From Eledone cirrhosa (Eukaryota), in contig OZ024744.1 of the NCBI GenBank assembly GCA_964016885.1, positions 101,060,001-101,124,000 of the forward strand: DNA of 64,000 bases. The letters run 5' to 3'. Under the pieces are notes generated by a model that was given only the letters and a program-made list of their open reading frames with translations, was not told where the DNA came from and did not search any database. The position numbers were made by a program, and so were the translations under genes. Position 1 is the stretch's first letter, and every line of letters starts with the position of its first letter. Of the stretch, positions 9,648 to 21,600 are shown in pieces.

Positions 9648-9651
9648 AGTC
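9648..9651 (+). other. Right target-site duplication AGTC
   Basis: AGTC directly follows CGCTATA of the 3' LTR, and the satellite continues in phase. Confidence 0.93.
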
Positions 9652-12600
9652 CCTAATTTGGACAGGGACTGTTGTCAGCTCCCATTTGGTGTAAATGTTA
9701 ACACTAAAGTTATTGTATATAGTTCCTAATTTGGACAGAGACTGTTGTCAGCTCCCATTTGGTGTAAAGGTTAACACTAAAGTTATTGTATATAGTTTTT
9801 AATTTGGACAGGGACTGTTGTCAGCTCCCATTTGGTGTAAAGGCTAACACTAAATTTATTGTATATAGTTCCTACTTTGGACAGGGACTGTTCGCAGCTC
9901 CCATTTGGTGTAAAGGTTAACACTAAAGTTATTGTATATAGTCCCTAATTTGGACAGGGACTGTTGTTAGCTCCCATTTGGTGTAAAGATTAACACTAAA
10001 GTTATTATATATAGTTCCTAATTTGGACAGGGACTGTTGTCAGCTCCCATTTGGTGTAAAGGTTAACACTAAAGTTATTGTATATAGTTCCTAATTTGGA
10101 CAGGGACTGTTGTCAGCTCCCATTTGGTGTAAAGGTTAACACTAAAGTTATTGTATATAGTTCCTAATTTGGACAGAGACTGTTGTCAGCTCCCATTTGG
10201 TGTAAAGGTTAACACTAAAGTTATTGTATATAGTTCCTATTTTGGACAGAGACTGTTGTCAGCTCCCATTTGGTGTAAAGGTTAACACTAAAGTTATTGT
10301 ATATAGTTCCTAATTTGGACAGGGACTGTTGTTAGCTCCCATTTGGTGTAAAGATTAACACTAAAGTTATTATATATAGTTCCTAATTTGGACAGGGACT
10401 GTTGTCAGCTCCCATTTGGTGTAAAGGTTAACACTAGAGTTATTGTATATAGTTCCTATTTGGGACAGGGACTGTTGTCAGCTCCCATTTGGTGTAAAGG
10501 CTAACACTAAATTTATTGTATATAGTTCCTACTTTGGACAGGGACTGTTCGCAGCTCCCATTTGGTGTAATGGTTAACACTGAAGTTATTGTATATAGTC
10601 CCTAATTTGGACAGGGACTGTTGTTAGCTCCCATTTGGTGTAAAGATTAACACTAAAGTTATTATATATAGTTCCTAATTTGGACAGGGACTGTTGTTAG
10701 CTCCCATTTGGTGTAAAGATTAACACTAAAGTTATTATATATAGTTCCTAATTTGGACAGGGACTGTTGTCAGCTCCCATTTGGTGTAAAGGTTAACACT
10801 AAAGTTATTGTATATAGTTCCTAATTTGGACAGGGACTGTTGTCAGCTCCCATTTGGTGTAAAGGTTAACACTAAAGTTATTGTATATAGTTCCTATTTT
10901 GGACAGAGACTGTTGTCAGCTCCCATTTGGTGTAAAGGTTAACACTAAAGTTATTGTATATAGTTACTAATTTGGACAGAGACTGTTGTCAGCTCCCATT
11001 TGGTGTAAAGGTTAACACTAAAGTTATTGTATATAGTTCCTAATTTGGACAGAGATTGTTGTCAGCTCCCATTTGGTGTAAAGGTTAACACTAAAGTTAT
11101 TGTATATAGTTCCTAATTTGGACAGAGATTGTTGTCAGCTCCCATTTGGTGTAAAGGCTAACACTAAAGTTATTGTATATAGTTCCTATTTTGGACAGGG
11201 ACTGTTGTCAGCTCCCATTTGGTGTAAAGGCTAACACTAAAGTTATTGTATATAGTTCCTATTTTGGACAGGGACTGTTGTCAGCTCCCATTTGGTGGAA
11301 AGGTTATCACTAAAGTTATTGTATATAGTTCCTAATTTAGACAGGGACTGTTGTCAGCTCCCATTTGGTGTAAAGGTTAACACTAAAGTTATTGTATATA
11401 GTTCCTAATTTGTACAGAGGCTGTTGTCAGCTCCCATTTGGTGTAAAGGTTAACACTAAAGTTATTGTATATAGTTCCTAATTTGGACAGGGACAATTGT
11501 CAGCTCCCATTTGGTGTAAAGCTTAACACTAAAGTTATTGTATAGTTCCTAATTTGGACAGAGATAGTTGTCAGCTCCCATTTGGTGTAAAGGTTAACAC
11601 TAAAGTTATTGTATATAGTTCCTAATTTGGACAGGGACAATTGTCAGCTCCCATTTGGTGTAAAGCTTAACACTAAAGTTATTGTATATAGTTCCTAATT
11701 TGGACAGGGACAATTGTCAGCTCCCATTTGGTGTAAAGCTTAACACTAAAGTTATTGTATAGTTCCTAATTTGGACAGAGATAGTTGTCAGCTCCCATTT
11801 GGTGTAAAGGTTAACACTAAAGTTATTGTATATAGTTCCTAATTTGGACAGGGACAATTGTCAGCTCCCATTTGGTGTAAAGCTTAACACTAAAGTTATT
11901 GTATAGTTCCTAATTTGGACAGAGATAGTTGTCAGCTCCCATTTGGTGTAAAGGTTAACACTAAAGTTATTGTATATAGTTCCTAATTTGGACAGGGACA
12001 GTTGTCAGCTCCCATTTGGTGTAAAGCTTAACACTAAAGTTATTGTATATAGTTCCTAATTTGGACAGAGACTGTTGTCAGCTCCCATTTGGTGTAAAGG
12101 TTAACACTAAAGTTATTGTATATAGTTCCTAATTTGGACAGAGAGTGTTGTCAGCTCCCATTTGGTGTAAAGGTTAACACTAAAGTTATTGTATATAGTT
12201 CCTATTTTGGACAGAGACTGTTGTCAGCTCCCATTTGGTGTAAAGGTTAACACTAAAGTTATTGTATATAGTTCCTAATTTGGACAGGGACTGTTGTCAG
12301 CTCCCATTTGGTGTAAAGGTTAACACTAAAGTTATTGTATATAGTTCCTAATTTGGACAGGGACTGTTGTCAGCTCCCATTTGGTGTAAAGGTTAACACT
12401 AAAGTTATTGTATATAGTTCCTAATTTGGACAGGGACTGTTGTCAGCTCCCATTTGGTGTAAAGGTTAACACTAAAGTTATTGTATATAGTTCCTATTTT
12501 GGACAGAGACTGTTGTCAGCTCCCATTTGGTGTAAAGGTTAACACTAAAGTTATTGTATATAGTTCCTAATTTGGACAGAGACAGTTGTCAGCTCCCATT

Positions 12601-15600
12601 TGGTGTAAAGGTTAACACTAAAGTTATTGTATATAGTTCCTAATTTGGACAGGGACTGTTGTCAGCTCCCATTTGGTGTAAAGGTTAACACTAAAGTTAT
12701 TGTATAGTTCCTAATTTGGACAGGGACTGTTGTCAGCTCCCATTTGGTGTAAAGGTTAACACTAAAGTTATTGTATATAGTTCCTAATTTGGACAGGGAC
12801 TGTTGTCAGTTCCCATTTGGTGTAAAGGTTAACACTGAAGTTATTGTATATAGTTCCTATTTTGGACAGGGACTGTTGTCAGCTCCCATTTGGTGTAAAG
12901 GTTAACACTAAAGTTATTGTATATAGTCCCTAATTTTGACAGGGACTGTTGTCAGCTCCCATTTGGTGTAAAGGTTAACACTAAAGTTATTGTATATAGT
13001 TCCTAATTTGGACAGGGACTGTTGTCAGCTCCCATTTGGTGTAAAGGTTAACACTAAAGTTATTGTATATGGTCCCTAATTTTGACAGGGACTGTTGTCA
13101 GCTCCCATTTGGTGTAAAGGTTAACACTAAAGTTATTGTATAGTTCCTAATTTGGACAGGGACTGTTGTCAACTCCCATTTGGTGTAAAGGTTAACACTA
13201 AAGTTATTATATATAGTTCCTAATTTGGACAGATACTGTTGTCAGCTCCCATTTGGTGTAAAGGTTAACACTAAAGTTATTGTATATAGTTCCTAATTTG
13301 GACAGGGATTGTTGTCAGCTCCCATTTGGTGTAAAGGTTAACACTAAAGTTATTGTATATAGTTCCTAATTTGGACAGGGACTGTTGTCAGTTCCCATTT
13401 GGTGTAAAGGTTAACACTGAAGTTATTGTATATAGTTCCTATTTTGGACAGGGACTGTTGTCAGCTCCCATTTGGTGTAAAGGTTAACACTAAAGTTATT
13501 GTATATAGTCCCTAATTTTGACAGGGACTGTTGTCAGCTCCCATTTGGTGTAAAGGTTAACACTAAAGTTATTGTATATAGTTCCTAATTTGGACAGAGA
13601 CAGTTGTCAGCTCCCATTTGGTGTAAAGGTTAACACTAAAGTTATTGTATATAGTTCCTAATTTGGACAGAGACAGTTGTCAGCTCCCATTTGATGTAAA
13701 GGTTATCACTAAAGTTATTGTATATAGTTCCTAATTTACACAGAGACTGTTGACAGCTCCCATTTGGTGTAAAGGTTAACACTAAAGTTATTGTATATAG
13801 TTCCTAATTTGGACAGAGACTGTTGACAGCTCCCATTTGGTGTAAAGATTAATACTAAAGCTATTATATATAGTTCCTAATTTGGACAGAGACAGTTGTC
13901 AGCTCCCATTTGGTGTAAAGATTAACACTAAAGCTATTGTATATAGTCCCTAATTTGGACAGAGACTGTTGTCAGCTCCCATTTGGTGTAAAGGTTAACA
14001 CTAAAGTTATTGTATATAGTTCCTAATTTGGACAGAGAGTGTTGTCAGCTCCCATTTGGTGTAAAGGCTAACACTAAAGTTATTGTATATAGTTCCTATT
14101 TTGGACAGGGACTGTTGTCAGCTCCCATTTGGTGTAAAGGCTAACACTAAAGTTATTGTATATAGTTCTTATTTTGGACAGAGACAGTTGTCAGCTCCCA
14201 TTTGGTGTAAAGGTTAACACTAAAGTTATTATATATAGTTCCTAATTTGTACAGAGACTGTTGTCAGCTCCCATTTGGTGTAAAGGTTAACACTAAAGTT
14301 ATCGTATATAGTTCCTAATTTGTACAGAGACTGTTGTCAGCTCCCATTTGGTGTAAAGGTTAACACTAAAGTTATTGTATATAGTTCCTAATTTGGACAG
14401 AGGCTGTTGTCAGCTCCCACTTCGTGTAAAGGTTAACACTAAAGTTATTGCATATAGTTGCTAATTTAGACAGGGACTGTTGTCAGCTCCCATTTGGTGT
14501 AAAGGTTAACACTAAAGTTATTGTATATAGTTCCTAATTTGTACAGAGACTGTTGTCAGCTCCGATTTGGTGTAAAGGCTAACACTAAAGTTATTGTATA
14601 TAGTTCCTATTTTGGACAGGGATTGTTGTCAGCTCCCATTTGGTGTAAAGGTTAACACTAAAGTTATTGTATATAGTTCCTAATTTGGACAGGGACTGTT
14701 GTCAGCTCCCATTTGGTGTAAATGTTATCACTAAAGTTATTGTATATAGTTCCTAATTTAGACAGGGACTGTTGTCAGCTCCCATTTGGTGTAAAGGTTA
14801 ACACTAAAGTTATTGTATATAGTTCCTAATTTGGACAGAGACTGTTGTCAGCTCCCATTTACTGTAAAGATTAACACTAAAGTTACTATATATAGTTCCT
14901 AATTTGGACAGAGACTGTTGTCAGCTCCCATTTGGTGTAAAGGTTAACACTAAAGCTATTGTATATAGTTCCTAATTTGGACAGAGACTGTTGTCAGCTC
15001 CCTTTTGGTGTAAAGGTTAACACTAAATTTATTGTATATAGTTCCTAATTTGGACAGAGACTGTTGTCAGCTCCCATTTGATGTAAAGGTTAACACTAAA
15101 GTTATTGTATATAGTTCCTAATTTGGACAGAGACTGTTGTCAGCTCCCATTTGGTGTAAAGGTTAACACTAAAGTTATTGTATATAGTTCCTAATTTGGA
15201 CAGAGACTGTTGTCAGCTCCCTTTTGGTGTAAAGGTTAACACTAAAGTTATTGTATAGTTCCTAATTTGGACAGAGACTGTTGTCAGCTCCCATTTGATG
15301 TAAAGGTTAACACTAAAGTTATTGTATATAGTTCCTAATTTGGACAGAGACTGTTGTCAGCTCCCATTTGGTGTAAAGGTTAACACTAAAGTTATTGTAT
15401 ATAGTTCCTAATTTGGACAGAGACTGTTGTCAGCTCCCATTTGGTGTAAAGGTTAACACTAAAGTTATTGTATATAGTTCCTAATTTGGACAGAGACTGT
15501 TGTCAGCTCCCATTTGGTGTAAAGGTTAACACTAAAGTTATTGTATATAGTTCCTAATTTGGACAGAGACTGTTGTCAGCTCCCTTTTGGTGTAAAGGTT

Positions 15601-18600
15601 AACACTAAATTTATTGTATATAGTTCCTAATTTGGACAGAGACTGTTGTCAGCTCCCATTTGATGTAAAGGTTAACACTAAAGTTATTGTATATAGTTCC
15701 TAATTTGGACAGAGACTGTTGTCAGCTCCCATTTGGTGTAAAGGTTAACACTAAAGTTATTGTATATAGTTCCTAATTTGGACAGGGACTGTTGTCAGCT
15801 CCCATTTGGTGTAAAGGTTAACACTAAAGTTATTGTATAGTTCCTAATTTGGACAGGGACTGTTGTCAACTCCCATTTGGTGTAAAGGTTAACACTAAAG
15901 TTATTGTATATAGTTCCTAATTTGGACAGGGACTGTTGTCAGCTCCCATTTGGTGTAAAGGTTAACACTAAAGTTATTGTATAGTTCCTAATTTGGACAG
16001 AGACAGTTGTCAGCTCCCATTTGGTGTAAAGGTTAACACTAAAGTTATTGTATAGTTCCTAATTTGGACAGGGACTGTTGTCAGCTCCCATTTGGTGTAT
16101 AGGTTAACACTAAAGTTATTGTATATAGTTCCTAATTTGGACAGGGACAATTGTCAGCTCCCATTTGGTGTAAAGCTTAACACTAAAGTTATTGTATATA
16201 GTTCCTAATTTGGACAGAGACTGTTGTCAGCTCCCATTTGGTGTAAAGGTTAACACTAAAGTTATTGTATATAGTTCCTAATTTGGACAGAGACTGTTGT
16301 CAGCTCCCATTTGGTGTAAAGGTTAACACTAAAGTTATTGTATAGTTCCTAATTTGGACAGGGACTGTTGTCAGCTCCCATTTGGTGTATAGGTTAACAC
16401 TAAAGTTATTGTATATAGTTCCTAATTTGGACAGGGACAATTGTCAGCTCCCATTTGGTGTAAAGCTTAACACTAAAGTTATTGTATAGTTCCTAATTTG
16501 GACAGAGATAGTTGTCAGCTCCCATTTGGTGTAAAGGTAAACACTAAAGTTATTGTATATAGTTCCTAATTTGGACAGGGACAGTTGTCAGCTCCCATTT
16601 GGTGTAAAGCTTAACACTAAAGTTATTGTATATAGTTCCTAATTTGGACAGAGACTGTTGTCAGCTCCCATTTGGTGTAAAGGTTAACACTAAAGTTATT
16701 GTATATAGTTCCTAATTTGGACAGAGTGTTGTCAGCTCCCATTTGGTGTAAAGGTTAACACTAAAGTTATTGTATATAGTTCCTATTTTGGACAGAGACT
16801 GTTGTCAGCTCCCATTTGGTGTAAAGGTTAACACTAAAGTTATTGTATATAGTTCCTAATTTGGACAGGGACTGTTGTCAGCTCCCATTTGGTGTAAAGG
16901 TTAACACTAAAGTTATTATATATAGTTCCTAATTTGGACAGAGACTGTTGTCAGCTCCCATTTGGTGTAAAGGTTAACACTAAAGTTATTGTATATAGTT
17001 ACTAATTTGGACAGGGACTGTTGTCAGCTCCCATTTGGTGTAAAGGTTAACACTAAAGTTATTGTATATAGTCCCTAATTTTGACAGGGACTGTTGTCAG
17101 CTCCCATTTGGTGTAAAGGTTAACACTAAAGTTATTGTATATAGTTCCTAATTTGGACAGGGACTGTTGTCAGCTCCCATTTGGTGTAAAGGTTAACACT
17201 AAAGTTATTGTATATAGTTCCTAATTTGGACAGGGACTGTTGTCAGCTCCCATTTGGTGTAAAGGTTAACACTAAAGTTATTGTATATAGTTCCTAATTT
17301 AGACAGGGACTGTTGTCAGCTCCCATTTGGTGTAAAGATTAACACTAAAGTTATTGTATATAGTTCCTATTTTGGACAGGGACTGTTGTCAGCTCCCATT
17401 TGGTGTAAAGGTTAACACTAAAGTTATTGTATATAGTTCCTAATTTGGACAGAGACTGTTGTCAGCTCCCATTTGGTGTAAAGGTTAACACTAAAGTTAT
17501 TGTATATAGTTACTAATTTGGACAGAGACTGTTGTCAGCTCCCATATGGTGTAAAGGTTAACACTAAAGTTATTGTATATAGTTCCTAATTTGGACAGAG
17601 ACAGTTGTCAGCTCCCATTTGGTGTAAAGGTTAACACTAAAGTTATTGTATATAGTTACTAATTTGGACAGAGACTGTTGTCAGCTCCCATTTGGTGTAA
17701 AGGTTAACACTAAAGTTATTGTATATAGTTCCTAATTTGGACAGAGACAGTTGTCAGCTCCCATTTGGTGTAAAGGTTAACACTAAAGTTATTGTATATA
17801 GTTCCTAATTTGGACAGAGACAGTTGTCAGCTCCCATTTGGTGTAAAGGTTAACACTAAAGTTATTGTATATAGTTCCTAATTTGGACAGAGACAGTTGT
17901 CAGCTCCCATTTGGTGTAAAGGTTAACACTAAAGTTATTGTATATAGTTACTAATTTGGACAGAGACTGTTGTCAGCTCCCATTTGGTGTAAAGGTTAAC
18001 ACTAAAGTTATTGTATATAGTTCCTAATTTGAACAGAGACTGTTGTCAGCTCCCATATGGTGTAAAGGTTAACACTAAAGTTATTGTATATAGTTCCTAT
18101 TTTGGACAGAGACTGTTGTCAGCTCCCATTTGGAGTAAAGGTTAACACTAAAGTTATTGTATATAGTCCCTAATTTGGACAGAGACTGTTGTCAGCTCCC
18201 ATTTGGTGTAAAGGTTAACACTAAAGTTATTGTATAGTTCCTAATTTGGACAGAGACTGTTGTCAGCTCCCATTTGGTGTAAAGGTTAACACTAAAGTTA
18301 TTGTATATAGTCCCTAATTTGGACAGGGACTGTTGTCAGCTCCCATTTGGTGTAAAGGTTAACACTAAAGTTATTGTATAGTTCCTAATTTGGACAGGGA
18401 CTGTTGTTAGCTCACATTTGGTGTAAAGGTTAACACTAAAGTTATTGTATATAGTCCCTAATTTTGACAGGGATTGTTGTCAACTCCCATTTGGTGTAAA
18501 GGTTAACACTAAAGTTATTGTATATAGTTCCTAATTTGAACAGAGACTGTCGTCAGCTCCCATATGGTGTAAAGTTTAACACTAAAGTTATTGTATATAG

Positions 18601-21600
18601 TTCCTATTTTGGACAGAGACTGTTGTCAGCTCCCATTTGGAGTAAAGGTTAACACTAAAGTTATTGTATATAGTTCCTATTTTGGACAGAGACTGTTGTC
18701 AGCTCCCATTTGGAGTAAAGGTTAACACTAAAGTTATTGTATATAGTCCCTAATTTGGACAGAGACTGTTGTCAGCTCCCATTTGGTGTAAAGGTTAACA
18801 CTAAAGTTATTGTATAGTTCCTAATTTGGACAGAGACTGTTGTCAGCTCCCATTTGGTGTAAAGGTTAACACTAAAGTTATTGTATATAGTCCCTAATTT
18901 GGACAGAGACTGTTGTCAGCTCTCATTTGGTGTAAAGTTTAACACTAAAGTTATTGTATATAGTTCCTATTTTGGACAGAGACTGTTGTCAGCTCCCATT
19001 TGGAGTAAAGGTTAACACTAAAGTTATTGTATATAGTCCCTAATTTGGACAGAGACTGTTGTCAGCTCCCATTTGGTGTAAAGGTTAACACTAAAGTTAT
19101 TGTATAGTTCCTAATTTGGACAGAGACTGTTGTCAGCTCCCATTTGGTGTAAAGGTTAACACTAAAGTTATTGTATATAGTCCCTAATTTGGACAGAGAC
19201 TGTTGTCAGCTCCCATTTGGTGTAAAGGTTAACACTAAAGTTATTGTATAGTTCCTAATTTGGACAGAGACTGTTGTCAGCTCCCATTTGGTGTAAAGGT
19301 TAACACTAAAGTTATTGTATATAGTTCCTAATTTAGACAGGGACTGTTGTCAGCTCCCATTTGGTGTAAAGGTTAACACTAAAGTTATTGTATAGTTCCT
19401 AATTTGGACAGGGACTGTTGTTAGCTCCCATTTGGTGTAAAGGTTAACACTAAAGTTATTGTATATAGTTCCTAATTTGGACAGAGACTGTTGTCAGCTC
19501 CCATTTGGTGTAAAGGTTAACACTAAAGTTATTGTATATAGTTCCTAATTTGGACAGAGACTGTTGTCAGCTCCCATTTGGTGTAAAGGTTAACACTAAA
19601 GTTATTGTATATAGTTCCTAATTTGGACAGAGACTGTTGTCAGTTCCCGTTTGGTGTAAAGGTTAACACTAAAGTTATTGTATATAGTTCCTAATTTGGA
19701 CAGAGACTGTTGTCAGCTCCCATTTGGTGTAAAGGTTAACACTAAAGTATTTGTATATAGTTCCTAATTTGGACAAAGACAGTTGTCAGCTCCCGTTTGG
19801 TGTAAAGGTTAACACTAAAGTTATTGTATATAGTTCCTAATTTGGACAGGGACTGTTCGCAGCTCCCATTTGGTGTAAAGGTTAACACTAAAGTTATTGT
19901 ATATAGTTCCTAATTTGGACAGAGACTGTTGTCAGCTCCCATATGGTGTAAAGGTTAACACTAAAGTTATTGTATATAGTTCCTAATTTGGACAGGGACT
20001 GTTGTCAGCTCCCATATGGTGTAAAGGTTAACACTAAAGTTATTGTATATAGTTCCTAATTTGGACAGAGACTGTTGTCAGCTCCCATATGGTGTAAAGG
20101 TTAACACTGAATTTATTGTATATAGTTCCTAATTTGGACAGAGACTGTTGTCAGCTCCCATTTGGTGTAAAGGTTAACACTAAAGTTATTGTATATAGTT
20201 CCTAATTTGGACAGGGACTGTTGTCAGCTCCCATATGGTGTAAAGGTTAACACTAAAGTTATTGTATATAGTTCCTAATTTGGACAGAGACTGTTGTCAG
20301 CTCCCATATGGTGTAAAGGTTAACACTAAAGTTATTGTATATAGTTCCTAATTTGGACAGAGACTGTTGTCAGCTCCCATTCGGTGTAAAGGTTATCACT
20401 AAAGTTATTGTATATAGTTCCTAATTTAGACAGGGACTGTTGTCAGCTCCCATTTGGTGTAAAGGTTAACACTAAAGTTATTGTATATAGTTCCTAATTT
20501 GGACAGAGATTGTTGTCAGCTCCCATTTGGTGTAAAGGTTAACACTAAAGTTATTGTATATTGTTCCTAATTTGGACAGAGATTGTTGTCAGCTCCCATT
20601 TGGTGTAAAGGCTAACACTAAAGTTATTGTATATAGTTCCTATTTTGGACAGGGACTGTTGTCAGCTCCCATTTGGTGTAAAGGTTAACACTAAAGTTAT
20701 TGTATATAGTTCCTATTTTGGACAGGGACTGTTGTCAGCTCCCATTTGGTGTAAAGGCTAACACTAAAGTTATTGTATATAGTTCCTATTTTGGACAGGG
20801 ACTGTTGTCAGCTCCCATTTGGTGTAAAGGTTAACACTAAAGTTATTGTATATAGTTCCTAATTTGTACAGAGACTGTTGTCAGCTCCCAGTTGGTGTAA
20901 AGGTTAACACTAAAGTTATTGTATATAGTTCCTATTTTGGACAGGGACTGTTGTCAGCTCCCATTTGGTGTAAAGGCTAACACTAAAGTTATTGTATATA
21001 GTTCCTATTTTGGACAGGGACTGTTGTCAGCTTCCATTTGGTGTAAAGGTTAACACTAAAGTTATTGTATATAGTTCCTAATTTGTACAGAGACTGTTGT
21101 CAGCTCCCATTTGGTGTAAAGGTTATCACTAAAGTTATTGTATATAGTTCCTAATTTGGACAGAGACAGTTGTCAGCTCCCATTTGGTGTAAAGGTTATC
21201 ACTAAAGTTATTGTTTATAGTTCCTAATTTGGACAGAGACAGTTGTCAGTTCCCATTTGGTGTAAAGTTTAACGCTAAAGTTATTGTATATAGTTCATAA
21301 TTTGGACAGAGACTGTCAGCTCCCATTTGGTGTAAAGGTTAACACTAAAGTTATTGTATATAGTTCCTAATTTGGACAGGGACTGTTGTCAGCTCCCATT
21401 TGGTGTAAAGATTAACACTAAAGTTATTGTTTATAGTTCCTAATTTGGACAGAGACAGTTGTCAGTTCCCATTTGGTGTAAAGGTTAACACTAAAGTTAT
21501 TATATATAGTTCCTAATTTGTACAGAGACTGTTGTCAGTTCCCATTTGGTGTAAAGTTTAACACTAAAGTTATTGTATATAGTTCCTAATTTGGAAAGGG

